DNA of 64,000 nt from positions 32,001 through 96,000 of the forward strand of contig JAVYWK010000002.1 in NCBI GenBank assembly GCA_038727095.1, read 5' to 3'. Origin of the DNA: Thermofilaceae archaeon (GTDB lineage Archaea > Thermoproteota > Thermoprotei > Thermofilales > Thermofilaceae). Below the pieces are notes generated by a model. It was not told the DNA's origin. It made no database searches and worked only from the letters and a program-made list of their open reading frames with translations. Both the position numbers and the translations under genes were made by a program. Below, piece after piece: positions 22,290 through 34,206 of this stretch; position 1 is the stretch's first letter; the number at the start of each line of letters is the position of its first letter.

Positions 22290-22589
22290 TCAACCTTTTA
22301 CGGCATCGAGTATGTTGCTCTCACCCGGATCTAAGATGGCCATAGCGGCAACAATGAAAGGCTTGTTACAGACTGCGCCTAAGTCCCATGATGTGCCTGG
22401 GAATTCGTAAAGAGGTGTTCCACTCAGTTTGCAGTATTTCTCCACATCCCTCCTGATTCGCCCTGGCGTATTGGAGGCAACTATAACCAGTTTCGCTCTC
22501 CCGTTAGTAATGGCTGAGAGCGTCTCCTTCGACCCAATTACTACCTTCCCCGTCCTCAACGCCGTCTGTATCTCTCTTACAATGTCCAT
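22290..22589 (-). CDS. rpl30e: 50S ribosomal protein L30e
   Basis: RTGKVVIGSKET, LGAVCNKPF, ILDPGES. Confidence 0.97.
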   Translation of the reverse strand: MDIVREIQTALRTGKVVIGSKETLSAITNGRAKLVIVASNTPGRIRRDVEKYCKLSGTPLYEFPGTSWDLGAVCNKPFIVAAMAILDPGESNILDAVKG

Positions 22590-22664
22590 AGCATCACCAT
22601 CCTAGAGCATTGGTAATCAATTCCTGGCATCTCCTTGGGGGCTACCCGGACTCGACCTATAAAG

Positions 22665-23903
22665 TTAGCGTGAAAGCTCTTGCTCTCCTGTTTCACTAAC
22701 ACTGCTCTCCCTACCGGATAGCGGGTACTGCATGAGCAGTTTGACGAGACCCGTGCCCAGCGGTACAACGCGCGATCCGATTATTACATTTTCGATAACA
22801 CCCCTCAGCTCATCGAGCTCGCCCCGAGCTGCAGAGTCTATAAGGTGCTTTACGGTTACCTCGAAAGCCGCTCTAGCTAACACGCCTGGCTTCTCGCCCG
22901 CAACACCGTGCCTGCCCACTTGTCTGACACGCCCGTTGAACGTCATCGCGTCGGCAACGAGCATGATGTGGCGTACGTCAACGTCGAGCCCCTGCTCGTC
23001 CAGGACCTTCTTCATCTCTCTAATCATCATTGTCCTTGCAGCTTCTATCCCCAGAACTTCAGCAATTTCGTGAATGTTGTTGCTTATTGTTCGCCTATAG
23101 TCAACACCCTCTATACTGAGTGCGGCGACCAAATTCGACCCTTCAGTTATGATCTTATATTCTCCCAGCTTCTCGTCGTAACGCACAACCGCTCTCTTAA
23201 TACCCTTTACGCCCTTTACTCTCTGTGTCCTTACTTTATCGTATAACTTTCTCAGTTTTGTTACATCATCCAAACCGGTCCTGAAAATTATTGTGTATCT
23301 TTCCTGCTCCACGCTTCCTTTCTTCCCCTTGATTCTGTTTAGGGCTTTCACGATATCGCGAGGCTCTATCCCTCGATTCTCCAGCACCTCGGGGTCTAAC
23401 TCGATAACTATCGAATAATCGATGTAATCGATCGTTATCGCTTTAGCTACATTTTCTATTGTTGTGAGCTCAAGTTCACTGGCGATCTCTAGAGCCCTAT
23501 CCCTACTTTTTGCATTCTCGCCTTCGAGGTATACTTCCATGATGGGTGTTGAGACTGTCTTCCTCGCATCGACGATTTCTATTAGACGGGGCAGACCCAG
23601 TGTTACGTTGAGCTCCCTGACTCCAGCGAAGTGGAATGTTCTCAAGGTCATTTGCGTGCTGGGTTCGCCAATGGACTGCGCTGCGACCATTCCTACAGCT
23701 TCTCCTGGCTCAGCAAGGCTCTTGGTGTATTCGTGAACCACTCGATCAATCACTTTCCTCGCCTCATCCTCCGTCAAGCCCGCAGCTACCACCCCCCTCA
23801 CAACATCTTCTACTAGGCTCTGAGGAAGTATGTGAGCATAGGGCTCTAAAAGTGCTCTAACTTCCTGTACGCTTACACGCGCCTCCGTTGCCACATCAAC
23901 CAC
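22665..23903 (-). CDS. rpoA2: RNA polymerase subunit A'' (Rpo1C)
   Basis: AAQSIGEPSTQMTLRTFHFAG, TLGLPRLIE, LARAAFE. Confidence 0.98.
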   Translation of the reverse strand: MVDVATEARVSVQEVRALLEPYAHILPQSLVEDVVRGVVAAGLTEDEARKVIDRVVHEYTKSLAEPGEAVGMVAAQSIGEPSTQMTLRTFHFAGVRELNVTLGLPRLIEIVDARKTVSTPIMEVYLEGENAKSRDRALEIASELELTTIENVAKAITIDYIDYSIVIELDPEVLENRGIEPRDIVKALNRIKGKKGSVEQERYTIIFRTGLDDVTKLRKLYDKVRTQRVKGVKGIKRAVVRYDEKLGEYKIITEGSNLVAALSIEGVDYRRTISNNIHEIAEVLGIEAARTMMIREMKKVLDEQGLDVDVRHIMLVADAMTFNGRVRQVGRHGVAGEKPGVLARAAFEVTVKHLIDSAARGELDELRGVIENVIIGSRVVPLGTGLVKLLMQYPLSGRESSVSETGEQELSR

Positions 23904-26556
23904 CTCTTTCGGCGAGCACTTCTTGAATGACCTTGTTCACATTTACGGGCTCTCCATGATCGCTCTTCGCGGGGTTGATGCCGTCTTCACCGTACCTATA
24001 CTGTATCACGAAGCCTTCAGACGTCCGCACACTACCATCGTAAGCGACGTAGAAGTCCTGAAGTGCGTTTGCCAATCTCCTGTACATGTAGCCGCTCTGC
24101 GCAGTTCTAACGGCCGTGTCCACCAAACCCTCTCTACCGGCCATTGCGTGGAAGAAGAACTCTGTGGGCTTCAAACCCTCTTTAAATGAGGAGTATACAT
24201 ATCCTCTAGCGCGAGGTCCAACATCGCCAGGCTTGAAGTGTGGCATTACTCTGTTCGTGAACCCCCTCTTTATACGTTCGCCCCGTAGGGACTGTTGCCC
24301 TAGCATCGCGACCATCTGTGTGATGTTTAGCATGTTGGCTCTAGCTCCTGTTCTCGCCATTATCACTGCCTCTCTCAGCATACCTACGTGACGGCTTGCA
24401 AGTTCACCTGCCCTATCCCTCGCCCTCGATAAAACCTCTAAGATTCGTTGCTCCAGGGTATCTTCCACGCTCCTCCCTGGAAGAGGTTCGAGCAAGCCCC
24501 TTTCGAACATTTCTATATACTTCGCGACGTCTCTTTCAGCGTCGTTCATCACAGATTTAACGCCCTTCAAAGCCTCTACTGGAATATCGAGGCTGTCCAA
24601 GCCTAGTGTGAAACCGTATATATCTAGGTACATTACGAAAACCTTGTATAAGCTATCGAGCAACTCTCTACCTTTATCATTACCCATCTTTCTTAGATAA
24701 TCGTGCAGAAGAGTTCGTGGTACCTGAGAAGCTATCGTGTTCTTATCGAAAACTCCGACTAACAGTTCTCCCCTGTCAACGACCACGTAGGAGTCGTACT
24801 GGCAGAGCTCTTTAACACATACGTTACATTTGCGACATACTGAAGCTTTACCTTCAAAGTTAAAGTTTTTATCTAGGAAAAGGCCTACAAGCTGTTTTCC
24901 AGTCCAGTAGGGTCCGGGTTTCAGAATTGCCGGCTCCGGCAGTGGCCCTTCGTAGCCGCCCTCCATTGATAGGAAAAATATCTTCTTTTTACTCAAGATA
25001 GTATCCTTTCTTGTCAGTAAATACGCACCAGTTATGTAATCGTGGAGACCACCTATTATCGGAGCGCCGTAGCGGGGCGATAGGATCTGCTCTTGAACCA
25101 GCATTAGAGTTAACGCCTCAGCCCTGGCTTCCTCGTTCTGAGGCACGTGAAGGTTCATTTCGTCCCCATCGAAGTCAGCGTTGTATGGCGGGCAAACTAG
25201 AAGGTTCAGTCGAAACGTCTTATACGGTAGTACTCTTACCTTGTGCGCCATTATCGACATGCGGTGCAGCGAGGGCTGCCTGTTGAAGAGCACAATGTCA
25301 CCATCCTGGAGGTGCCTTTCCACCACATAGCCAGGTTTAAGAGCTTCAGCTAAAGCAGCTCTATCTCTGACGAAGCGTAAGTCGATTCTACCGCCATCCG
25401 GTCGAACGATGTAATTCGCCCCAGGGTACTCGTGAGGTCCTCTCCTAACAAGATCTCTTAACCTCTCAAGGTTCCACGGGGTAACCCTTTCCGGTACCAC
25501 TAGAACCTTCGCAACCTCGATTGGTACTCCAACCTCATTGATGCTTAGCTTTGGATCCGGGGATATTACAGTCCTGGCCGAAAAGTCGACGCGCTTACCG
25601 GCCAAGCTTCCTCTGAAGCGCCCCTCCTTACCCCTGAGGCGCTGTGCCAGTGTCCTAAGCGGTCTCCCCGATTTATGCTTAGCTGGCGGGATTCCCGGAA
25701 GCTCGTTGTCAAATAACGTTGCAACGTGGTACTGGAGCAGACTCCAGAGATCATCGATTACCAGTTGAGGTGCACCTTCCTCAACGCTCTCCTTCAACCT
25801 CTGATTTATCCTTAGCAAATCTACAAGCTTATGCGTTATGTCGTCCTCCGATCTCATGCCGGACTCAAGAGTAATAGTCGGCCTTACCGTTATGGGAGAA
25901 ACTGGAAGGACTGTGAGGACCATCCATTCGGGCCTAGCGCTCTGGGGATCCATGCCCAATGCCTCGAGATCCTCGTTGGGTATCCTCTCAAGCCTCTCAC
26001 GGATCTCAGAGGGCCTCAGGATTACCGAACCACCCTCTCTCTCTTCGTAAAAAGTGTAGGGTTTCTCGAAGCGAATCTTGTACTGTTGAGCTTGACAGTG
26101 AGGGCATGTTGTATACTTTGAGGCTTTTTTAGCTACATTCTCTCCATACTTGTATTTAAGAAGCGGCCACCGCGCCTCTAATTGCTTCGCTCTCCTCCTC
26201 GCCTTCTCTATCTCGTCCTGAGGGAGCAGTAGCCGGCCACATACTCTGCACGTGGCTTTGAGGAGCAGGAAGATGTGTTTGGCGAAGAGAGGGTGCACCA
26301 CTGGCCTAGCCAGCTCAATGTGCCCGAAGTGACCTGGACAAAAGGCTATGAAGTTCCCGCAGGTTTCGCAGCGAACTCCGGGCTCAACGGTCCCCAATCG
26401 GCGATCCATCGGGCCGCCTCGGATCGGTATCCCCTCCTCATCGTACGTCTCTGGGATTACGATTTGCGTGATGGATAGCGCTCTTATGAAGTCCGGGGAT
26501 AAAATGCCGAACTTTATTCCGCCGATCGTTTTAGTCTCTTCAAACTGCATCGACAT
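23896..26556 (-). CDS. rpoA1: RNA polymerase subunit A' (Rpo1N)
   Basis: CPGHFGHIEL, catalytic YNADFDGDEMN, GLVDTAVRTA. Confidence 0.98.
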   Translation of the reverse strand: MSMQFEETKTIGGIKFGILSPDFIRALSITQIVIPETYDEEGIPIRGGPMDRRLGTVEPGVRCETCGNFIAFCPGHFGHIELARPVVHPLFAKHIFLLLKATCRVCGRLLLPQDEIEKARRRAKQLEARWPLLKYKYGENVAKKASKYTTCPHCQAQQYKIRFEKPYTFYEEREGGSVILRPSEIRERLERIPNEDLEALGMDPQSARPEWMVLTVLPVSPITVRPTITLESGMRSEDDITHKLVDLLRINQRLKESVEEGAPQLVIDDLWSLLQYHVATLFDNELPGIPPAKHKSGRPLRTLAQRLRGKEGRFRGSLAGKRVDFSARTVISPDPKLSINEVGVPIEVAKVLVVPERVTPWNLERLRDLVRRGPHEYPGANYIVRPDGGRIDLRFVRDRAALAEALKPGYVVERHLQDGDIVLFNRQPSLHRMSIMAHKVRVLPYKTFRLNLLVCPPYNADFDGDEMNLHVPQNEEARAEALTLMLVQEQILSPRYGAPIIGGLHDYITGAYLLTRKDTILSKKKIFFLSMEGGYEGPLPEPAILKPGPYWTGKQLVGLFLDKNFNFEGKASVCRKCNVCVKELCQYDSYVVVDRGELLVGVFDKNTIASQVPRTLLHDYLRKMGNDKGRELLDSLYKVFVMYLDIYGFTLGLDSLDIPVEALKGVKSVMNDAERDVAKYIEMFERGLLEPLPGRSVEDTLEQRILEVLSRARDRAGELASRHVGMLREAVIMARTGARANMLNITQMVAMLGQQSLRGERIKRGFTNRVMPHFKPGDVGPRARGYVYSSFKEGLKPTEFFFHAMAGREGLVDTAVRTAQSGYMYRRLANALQDFYVAYDGSVRTSEGFVIQYRYGEDGINPAKSDHGEPVNVNKVIQEVLAERGG

Positions 26557-29500
26557 TCACACCACCTCCACCTTGTCTTTCAGAATTAGCTTGGGTGCAA
26601 TTCCTAGGCTCATAAGCTCCTGAAGTAGGAGTTTAAAGGCGTATGAAACGTATATCGGATAGAGCTCGCTTTTATCCCTGCATATAGGGCACGTTGGTTC
26701 GTTCTTCCTCGCGTCGTACCATCCTAGGAAACCGCAGTTATTACAAACGAATATCACGGTCTTGTCGGAGGATTCGAACAACCTCTCCCTGAGCAGTATA
26801 GACGCGCCATGACCCACTAAGCAGTCCTTCTCCATCTCACCGAATCTCAGGCCGCCCTCTCGCGCTCTGCCCTCTGTAGGCTGTCTCGTCAGAATCTGCA
26901 CCCGGCCGCGCGCTCTCGCATGAATCTTGTCTGCCACCATGTGGTGAAGCTTCTGGTAGTAGACCACGCCAATGAAGATTTCCGCTTCCAGTCTTTCGCC
27001 GGTAACGCCGTTATATAGAACCTCTTTTCCGTCACTTCTGAAGCCTAGCGTATGCAGAAGTTCTCTAAGTTGCTCTTCTGGCGTACCCTCGAATGCTGTA
27101 GCATCGATTGTGCGTCCCGTGAGTGAAGCAACTTTACCAGCTAGCGACTCCAGGAGTTGCCCTACGGTCATTCGTGAGGGAATAGCGTGAGGGTTGATTA
27201 GGATGTCAGGAACTACACCGTCTTCCGTAAAGGGCATGTCCTCGGCCGGTAAAATCAGGCCGATCACCCCTTTCTGGCCGTGACGCGAAGCAAATTTGTC
27301 GCCAAGCTCGGGGATCCGTGGGTCTCTCACTCTAACTTTCACTAGCCTATTCCCGTCAGCATCTTCAGCGATCACGACGCGGTCCGCAATCCCCGATTCG
27401 CTGGGTCTGATGCTAATCGAGGTGTCCCTCCTTCTCGTCGTTGCTCTAGGCTCGAAGAAGCTGCTAATAAAGCGCGGTGGGCTCGTTTTACCTATTATCA
27501 CTTCACCGCCTTTAACATCCGACTCGGGGAAGACTATGCCGTCTCTCGGATCAAGCTTTATGTATGCCTCCTTTGAACGATAACCCATTACATCATCAGA
27601 GGGTACTTCGATTCTATCCTCCTGTCCTCCAGGGTACTTCGTCTCCACGGTTTCGTAGGTTCTAAAGAACGTTGATCGTGCTAACCCTCTTTCGATAGCC
27701 GCTTTGTTAATTACGATAGCGTCCTGGATGTTGTAGCCCGCTCCGGTTAAAACAGCGACGATCACGTTCTGGCCGAAGGGCCTCTCATCAAGCTCCACCA
27801 GATCGAATACTCTTGTGCGGACTAAGGCTTTCTGCGGATAGTGGAGGAAGTGCATCCTCGGATCCATCCTGTGAAGGAAGTTAGCCATCGAGAAGCCTAG
27901 AGCCTGCTTAGCCATCGCAGCCTCGTAGCTGTTACGTGGAGACTGGTTATGCTCAGGGTATGGTATCACAGATGCTACGACGCCCAGTATGGCAGCCGGC
28001 GAAATCTCGAGGTGTGTGGTTTCCTCGTTCACTTCATCGATCGAAGGAGCAATGAGCGCGTTCTCCTCTTCTTCAGGATCCAAGTATTCTACAATCCCCC
28101 GTCTCACGAGGTCGCTCCAACTCCACTCACCACTCTTTAACTTCTCTATGTCTTGCTTTCTTAACTTCAACTTACCGTTTTCAACAACGAGCAAAGATCT
28201 TCGAATTCTACCGCCGTCACAGTTTATGTAAATCTCATCGATTTTTTCTGTTTTATAACGAACAACATTAACCTCGTGATGGATTTTGCCCTGCCTCCTC
28301 AGCTCCCTGATAATCTTCGCTAATGCATCGCCATTCTCGTGCAAGCCGATCAGCTTCATGTTGACGTAGACCTTTGTTCCAGAGATGCCTTTCTCTCGCG
28401 CCTCTCGTATCGGTATGACCCCGAGCTTATTTACCAGTACGTCGCTGATGCTTTCTTCATCTATACCTATCGAGATCATCGCAAGCAGGGCCAGGTTTTT
28501 CACAAGACCACAGTTCTGGCCTTCGGGGCTTTCAACAGGGCATAGCATCCCCCAATGAGTTGCGTGGAGTTCACGCGCCTCGAAATGCGGCTGGGTCCGG
28601 CTAAGGGGTGAGACAACCCTCCTCAAGTGGCTGATCGTTGATAGGTAGTTCGTGCGGTCGAGAATCTGACTTACACCGGTGCGGCCGCCCGGCCAGTTCC
28701 CAGTTGCCAGCGCGCTCCTCAGCTTATCCGTGATGACGTCGGCTCTCGCTAGGGTGAGGAGATTGATCTCCCTAGTCTTGCCCCTGCTCTTCTCAAGCTG
28801 ATAGCCTAGATCCTTTACGAACTGTTTAAACGCCTGCCGAAACACGCTTGCCATTAAATCTCCAGCGAGCTTGAAGCGTTTGTTAGCGAGATGGTCCTTA
28901 TCGTCCGGTGATCGTCGGCCTAAGACCAGCTCGATCAACCTTTCGACCATTTGACTCAGGAAGTAGGCCTTATCCAGCCTGTTTTCTGGCTTAGTACCCA
29001 AATGGGGGAGGAAGTATTGATCAATAACCTGCTGGGCGCGCTCTAGCCTGACATTCTTCGGCTGCCCTACGGCCACTCGAGCACCTATGTAGTCAAGGGC
29101 ATCATCGATGGTCATCGCGATTCGGCTTTGCTCAAGAAGGGAGGGATAGAGCTCATTTAGGATCTCTGGATCGCTCGTAATAGCATTAACGATCTCACGG
29201 TCACTCTCAAGCCCTAGCGCCCGCATCATCACAACCAATGGCACACGTGAGGGGATCGAGGGGAAGCTAACGTAGAACTGCCCGTCCTTCGTCCTTTCCA
29301 CGGTCACTGGTATCCTATAGGCAGCAGTCGAGGAGAATACCTTAGCAACGTGCGTTACCGAACCCCCAGTTGGCCCGTAATCTACAAGGATCCTGTTAAC
29401 GGCCAGGTCCTCCTGGACTATGAGTACCCTTTCCGAGCCGTTGACAATGAAGTATCCCCCAGGATCCTTTGGATCCTCCCCCACTTTCACCTGCTCTTCT

Positions 29501-29910
29501 CTGCTCATCTTTGAAAGAGGGCATTTCACCGATTTGACCATGATGGGGAGATCTCCGATATAGATTGTTGCCCTATCCTTCTCTTCTCCTTCTTCTACTA
29601 AGATCATTTCTAGGAAGAGGGGTGCTGCATAAGTTAGGTTCCTGAGTCTGGCCTCCATCGGTAGTATGGAGCTCTCTGAGCCATCGGCTTCCTTTACCCT
29701 GGGATTACCTACAGTAATTTTCCCAAAAACTACCTTTAAGCCTGGAATCCCAGATTCAACAGACCCTACTTCATTAATTATTTCTTGAAGTGTTTTTTCC
29801 ACGAACTTGTTGTAAGAATCTAAATGTTGGCGTACAAGACCATGCTCACGGATGAATGTTTCTATGAGGACCCATGCATCCTCTTTGCTATACTTCCATT
29901 CCTCGTCCAT
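26557..29910 (-). CDS. rpoB: RNA polymerase subunit B (Rpo2, unsplit)
   Basis: DPGGYFIVNGSE, GDKFASRHGQKG, GGLRFGEME. Confidence 0.98.
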   Translation of the reverse strand: MDEEWKYSKEDAWVLIETFIREHGLVRQHLDSYNKFVEKTLQEIINEVGSVESGIPGLKVVFGKITVGNPRVKEADGSESSILPMEARLRNLTYAAPLFLEMILVEEGEEKDRATIYIGDLPIMVKSVKCPLSKMSREEQVKVGEDPKDPGGYFIVNGSERVLIVQEDLAVNRILVDYGPTGGSVTHVAKVFSSTAAYRIPVTVERTKDGQFYVSFPSIPSRVPLVVMMRALGLESDREIVNAITSDPEILNELYPSLLEQSRIAMTIDDALDYIGARVAVGQPKNVRLERAQQVIDQYFLPHLGTKPENRLDKAYFLSQMVERLIELVLGRRSPDDKDHLANKRFKLAGDLMASVFRQAFKQFVKDLGYQLEKSRGKTREINLLTLARADVITDKLRSALATGNWPGGRTGVSQILDRTNYLSTISHLRRVVSPLSRTQPHFEARELHATHWGMLCPVESPEGQNCGLVKNLALLAMISIGIDEESISDVLVNKLGVIPIREAREKGISGTKVYVNMKLIGLHENGDALAKIIRELRRQGKIHHEVNVVRYKTEKIDEIYINCDGGRIRRSLLVVENGKLKLRKQDIEKLKSGEWSWSDLVRRGIVEYLDPEEEENALIAPSIDEVNEETTHLEISPAAILGVVASVIPYPEHNQSPRNSYEAAMAKQALGFSMANFLHRMDPRMHFLHYPQKALVRTRVFDLVELDERPFGQNVIVAVLTGAGYNIQDAIVINKAAIERGLARSTFFRTYETVETKYPGGQEDRIEVPSDDVMGYRSKEAYIKLDPRDGIVFPESDVKGGEVIIGKTSPPRFISSFFEPRATTRRRDTSISIRPSESGIADRVVIAEDADGNRLVKVRVRDPRIPELGDKFASRHGQKGVIGLILPAEDMPFTEDGVVPDILINPHAIPSRMTVGQLLESLAGKVASLTGRTIDATAFEGTPEEQLRELLHTLGFRSDGKEVLYNGVTGERLEAEIFIGVVYYQKLHHMVADKIHARARGRVQILTRQPTEGRAREGGLRFGEMEKDCLVGHGASILLRERLFESSDKTVIFVCNNCGFLGWYDARKNEPTCPICRDKSELYPIYVSYAFKLLLQELMSLGIAPKLILKDKVEVV

Positions 29911-29913
29911 AAG

Positions 29914-30159
29914 CTACCCCCTCACTACCACTCTGAAGGCAACAGATACTCCTGCGGTGGGGCTCTTCCTCACTATCATGACCACATCGCCAGGCTTAGC
30001 TCCAATGGCTTTCGCAACAGGATCAGAAGCAAGCAGCCAGGGGAGTTGACGCCTAGTGACACCCATTCTCTTGAGAATCCTAGAGGCCTCCTCCTTGCTC
30101 AACAGTATATGCTGTGGTACGAGCTCGTGCTCGAGAATGTTTACTTTCCGTGTACCCAT
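29914..30159 (-). CDS. rpoH: RNA polymerase subunit H (Rpo5)
   Basis: [25 protein letters not shown]. Confidence 0.97.
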   Translation of the reverse strand: MGTRKVNILEHELVPQHILLSKEEASRILKRMGVTRRQLPWLLASDPVAKAIGAKPGDVVMIVRKSPTAGVSVAFRVVVRG

Positions 30160-30256
30160 AGCTCTTGGCCCGAGGGAGGCGCTCTATATAAAGTTTAAGC
30201 TAGTAAGACGTGGAAAGGGGAAAGAAATGCTGTAACGTAGCTGTAAACAGGCCGGT

Positions 30257-32737
30257 CTAGAGTTCGTCTACGCGCCTAGCCCAAACGTCTGGTAGGCCTT
30301 TCCTTCTTCTGCGCATTGGCCAGCCGAGCTCTTCGTCGTATCGCTCAATGCCTAGTGATTTCTCAATGAGGATTCTCCTCTCTATAGCTGCAACAAGCTC
30401 CCTAGTTCGGACAACGACGTCCGGGTTAACGCTCACGCTATCGATACCGTGCCTCACCAGGAACTCCGTGAACTCGGGGTATACGGAGGGGGCTTGGCCA
30501 CAAATGCTGACCGTCCTGTATCCGTACGGTGAGTTATGGGCCTTCTCAATCAGCATAGCTATGGCAGTTTTGACAGCCGGGTCTCTTTCGTCAAAGTACC
30601 TCGGATCGATCTTCGGTAGAATAGCGCTGTCTCTGTCAGTTCCGAGCGTTAACTGGGTTAAGTCGTTGCTCCCTATGCTGAAGCCGTCGAAGTACCTTGA
30701 GAACTCCTCCGCTAGGAAGACTATGCTCGGTACTTCAGCCATTGCCCAGATTTTGAAGTCTCTGCTGCTCTCAAGACCCTCCTCTGCTAAGATTTTATTG
30801 AACCTCTCAGCTTCCCATAGGGTTCTCACAAACGGCGCCATGACCCAAACGTTGGTGAGTCCCATTTCATCCCTTACCTTCTTGATCGCTCGAACCTCAA
30901 GGCGGAAAGCCTTCTCGTATTGCGGGCTAATGTACCTGCTAACACCACGCCAGCCTATCATCGGGTTGTCCTCGTGAGGCTCGTACTTTTCACCGCCAGC
31001 TAGCTGCCTATACTCGTTCGTCTTGAAGTCGCTGAACCTGACCACAATGGGCCTTGGATAGATCTCTCTTGCAACCATCGCTACGCCTTCGGCCATTCTA
31101 TCGACAAGAACGTCGCCCCTTCCCGTCTCGAACAGGTAAAGCGGGTGCTCCTTGACCCAGCTGGCCATAATGAACTCAACTCTCATCAGACCGATACCGT
31201 CGAACGGTAGGTCCTTGTACTCGTGTATCTTGTCGGGTACTCCCAGGTTCATGTAGATCTTCGTAGCGGTTACGGGCTTCAGGATGATCTCGATCGGTGC
31301 TGCTAAAGCCGGGGCGGGCTTCTCCTCCTTCTTGCCCAGCAGTTCCTCGATGTAACCCTCGTACACGACGCCCGCTCTCGCATCAACAGTGTATCCCTCA
31401 CCCGTCCTCATGACCTTGGTCGCTTCACGCGTACCCACGATGCAGGGGATACCGAGCTCCCTGCTGACAATCGCAGCGTGTGCGGTCATTCCGCCCTCGT
31501 CAGTCACAATCGCGGCGGCGAGCCTCATGTAGGGTACCCAATCCGGATCTGTCATTTTCGTCACAAGGATGTCGCCCTTCTGCATCAGCTTCTTCGCGTC
31601 CTCCAGAGTGAGACAGACTTTAGCGACGCCGTAAACCACACCAGGGCTTGCAGGTAATCCCTTCACTACAGGCTTCGCCTCCGCCAACCTAACAGCCTTC
31701 TCCTCAGCCGGTTTCGCTTCCACGGCTTTCGCACTCCATACCGTCTCGGGCCTTGCCTGAACTATGAACACGCTCTGAGGGAACTTGAGATCTCTATCGA
31801 CAGCCCATTCGATATCCATCGGCCTACCATAGTGCTTTTCGATCTTGACCGCAAGCTCAGCGAGCATGCGAACCTCGTCGTCATTTAAAGCGGGTGCGTT
31901 CCTTCTCCCAAGCTCTACTTCCCGTTCAATGTTCCGGCCGGTTGCAGGATCCCTAACTAGCTCTCTTACTTTCTCTGAAACCCTTCTCTCTACGATTTGA
32001 AGCGTATTCTTATCAACCACCCATTCATCAGGTGTTACCTTACCGGCTACGACGGACTCTCCCAAACCCCAGGCTCCCTCAATAACGATTTTATCCTTCT
32101 CACCAGTAACCGGGTGTATCGTGAACATCACTCCAGCTGATCTAGAGTTCACCATCTTCTGGACAGCAACACTAATCAGAACCTTCTCGTGCGCGAAGCC
32201 CTTGCTCTCCCTGTAGAAGATAGCTCGCGGAGTGAAGAGGCTCGACCAGCACTTCTTAACCTTCTCCACGACCTCGTCCTCGCCCTTCACGTTAAGGTAG
32301 GTCTCCTGCTGTCCTGCAAAGCTCGCATCCGGAAGATCCTCCGCAGTCGCGCTACTACGGACCGCTACGAACTCCTCCGCTTTACCCAAACGCTCACATA
32401 ACTCCCTGTAAGCTTTTCGAATAGCCTCTTCAATATCCTTTGGCATGGGAGTCCTTTCGATCAATTCCCTAATCTCGCGGCTAGCTTCGATGTAATCCTC
32501 AGGCGCCGAGGCACCTGGTCTTACCCGCTCTCTTAAGATCCTTTGTATCTCATCCCTGATCCCCGTCTCCTCTATGAACTTCCTGTAGGCGTATGCCGTA
32601 ACTGCGAAGCCGGGTGGCACGGGAATACCCGCGCGGATCATCTCGCCCAGGTTTGCGTTCTTACCGCCGACCAGTGGTACGTCATCCTTCGTTAACTCCT
32701 CAAACCACAGTATAACTTCTGTGGCCTTATCCTTCAT
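30257..32737 (-). CDS. ppsA: Phosphoenolpyruvate synthase
   Basis: [53 protein letters not shown]. Confidence 0.97.
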   Translation of the reverse strand: MKDKATEVILWFEELTKDDVPLVGGKNANLGEMIRAGIPVPPGFAVTAYAYRKFIEETGIRDEIQRILRERVRPGASAPEDYIEASREIRELIERTPMPKDIEEAIRKAYRELCERLGKAEEFVAVRSSATAEDLPDASFAGQQETYLNVKGEDEVVEKVKKCWSSLFTPRAIFYRESKGFAHEKVLISVAVQKMVNSRSAGVMFTIHPVTGEKDKIVIEGAWGLGESVVAGKVTPDEWVVDKNTLQIVERRVSEKVRELVRDPATGRNIEREVELGRRNAPALNDDEVRMLAELAVKIEKHYGRPMDIEWAVDRDLKFPQSVFIVQARPETVWSAKAVEAKPAEEKAVRLAEAKPVVKGLPASPGVVYGVAKVCLTLEDAKKLMQKGDILVTKMTDPDWVPYMRLAAAIVTDEGGMTAHAAIVSRELGIPCIVGTREATKVMRTGEGYTVDARAGVVYEGYIEELLGKKEEKPAPALAAPIEIILKPVTATKIYMNLGVPDKIHEYKDLPFDGIGLMRVEFIMASWVKEHPLYLFETGRGDVLVDRMAEGVAMVAREIYPRPIVVRFSDFKTNEYRQLAGGEKYEPHEDNPMIGWRGVSRYISPQYEKAFRLEVRAIKKVRDEMGLTNVWVMAPFVRTLWEAERFNKILAEEGLESSRDFKIWAMAEVPSIVFLAEEFSRYFDGFSIGSNDLTQLTLGTDRDSAILPKIDPRYFDERDPAVKTAIAMLIEKAHNSPYGYRTVSICGQAPSVYPEFTEFLVRHGIDSVSVNPDVVVRTRELVAAIERRILIEKSLGIERYDEELGWPMRRRRKGLPDVWARRVDEL

Positions 32738-32951
32738 CCTGTTCCCAGGGGGTGTTGTAGTCTCGCCTTAAGAGCTTTCCTTACTGAGCAAAACGCGAGT
32801 AATGTGCAACATGAGTCATGATAACGCGCGGGCTCTCAACGAGGGGTTGAGACAAATCTCAGGCCTCATTCCGCATGAATATCCAACTTAACTTTTATTT
32901 TATAGATTTTTAATAACCAACTATAATATTAATTATGAAAATTTTACATCA

Positions 32952-33248
32952 TTATGGTTTTCGTCTTAAAAACTTTAATTCTTTTTCTACTCGTGCTCGA
33001 AGAACCTCGTCGAGAAACTCACTTTTACTCCCAAGCTTCATTATCGTTGATACTGCGATCACGTGGGAGCAGATACCCCGCCCTCTAAAGCCGGGGCAAG
33101 TACAGGAGAGAGCGTCTCCAACAACACGAACTATGTGCCGGTTCTTCCTTCCCATTACGTAGTACATTAAGTCGCTTATTTTAACTACCCTTCCCTCTTT
33201 AATCAGCCAGGCGGCCTTTGAAACCATGCTAGCTCTTTCATCACTCAT
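32952..33248 (-). CDS. Small SWIM zinc-finger protein
   Basis: SCTCPGFRGRGICSHVIAV (CxC-x8-CxH). Confidence 0.82.
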   Translation of the reverse strand: MSDERASMVSKAAWLIKEGRVVKISDLMYYVMGRKNRHIVRVVGDALSCTCPGFRGRGICSHVIAVSTIMKLGSKSEFLDEVLRARVEKELKFLRRKP

Positions 33249-33288
33249 GATTCATTCCCCAGTGCATTGCTTGCCACGTGCCAATGCG

Positions 33289-33723
33289 TTAGAAAGGCTT
33301 CACGGGACTAATGGCTCCACAAGCTAGGCATCTGAGCTGCATTATCCTTCTCTCCTCTCTCTTGAGGATGGTATCAGGACTGCCGCACACCGGACAGTAA
33401 ACGTATCCCTTCATGAAGACGCTGAGTAAGCTGGCAACCATCTTTGGGGTTGTTATACCGTATATCACTGCGACGTCGCCCTCAATGTTCCCCGAAGCTC
33501 CCAGCTCCTTGAGTAGAAACCTCAATACAAGGCGCGGCTCACGGTTGATGATGTCGCAAATTTTCTTGAAGTTCATTATGAACGTTCTTTTCCCAGATAC
33601 TACAACGTCGGGTGGCTCAACTTCCAGCCTTTCCCTTCTCGTGGTCTTCTCAGGCAGCAGCTTGTACGCTCTCTCGAGCAGCGTCTCGTAATCGAGATGT
33701 TCTTCCACACAATCTGGGTTCAC
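33289..33723 (-). CDS. eif2b: Translation initiation factor aIF-2 beta
   Basis: YETLLERAY, YVYCPVCGSPDT, CLACGA. Confidence 0.95.
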   Translation of the reverse strand: MNPDCVEEHLDYETLLERAYKLLPEKTTRRERLEVEPPDVVVSGKRTFIMNFKKICDIINREPRLVLRFLLKELGASGNIEGDVAVIYGITTPKMVASLLSVFMKGYVYCPVCGSPDTILKREERRIMQLRCLACGAISPVKPF

Positions 33724-33816
33724 TAGGAGATAAATGCGTGTCGCCGCTGCGTCAGACTAAACGCCGCGCAACAGAAAGTATAAATACGCGCTTTGGGGGC
33801 ACTCAAGCCACTTGAG

Positions 33817-34152
33817 ATGGAGTACTGCCCCAGCTGTGGTAACTTGCTCCTCCCGAGAAGGAAGGATGGCCAAGTAGTGATAGTGTGCCAGAGGTGCGGT
33901 TACGAGAAGACCGTAAGCAATCCTTCTGCATACAGAGTGACGCGACAAGCGCGCCACGGTCCCGGGGATACCATCCTGGTAATTGATCATGAGGTAAGCG
34001 TTGAGACGCTACCTAAAGCCAAGGTTGAGTGTCCACGCTGTGGGCACTTAGAGGCATACTACTGGGAAGCTCAAACACGGGCTGGTGACGAACCTGCGAC
34101 ACGATTCTTTAGATGCGTAAAATGCGGCTATACGTGGCGCGAATACCAATAG
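33817..34152 (+). CDS. tfs: Transcript cleavage factor TFS
   Basis: Two zinc ribbons; QTRAGDEPATRFF acidic hairpin intact. Confidence 0.95.
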   Translation: MEYCPSCGNLLLPRRKDGQVVIVCQRCGYEKTVSNPSAYRVTRQARHGPGDTILVIDHEVSVETLPKAKVECPRCGHLEAYYWEAQTRAGDEPATRFFRCVKCGYTWREYQ

Positions 34153-34206
34153 CTGGCTCGAGCGAGTAGTATAAATACCTACACTCGAGCCATTTACACG
34201 ATTGGT

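Noticed and set aside
22590-22664. K-turn autoregulatory element in the rpl30e leader
   Set aside because: GA pairs are present but the flanking stems contain mismatches; not supportable
32834-32852. Perfect 7-bp hairpin upstream of ppsA
   Set aside because: A single short inverted repeat, expected by chance; no other support
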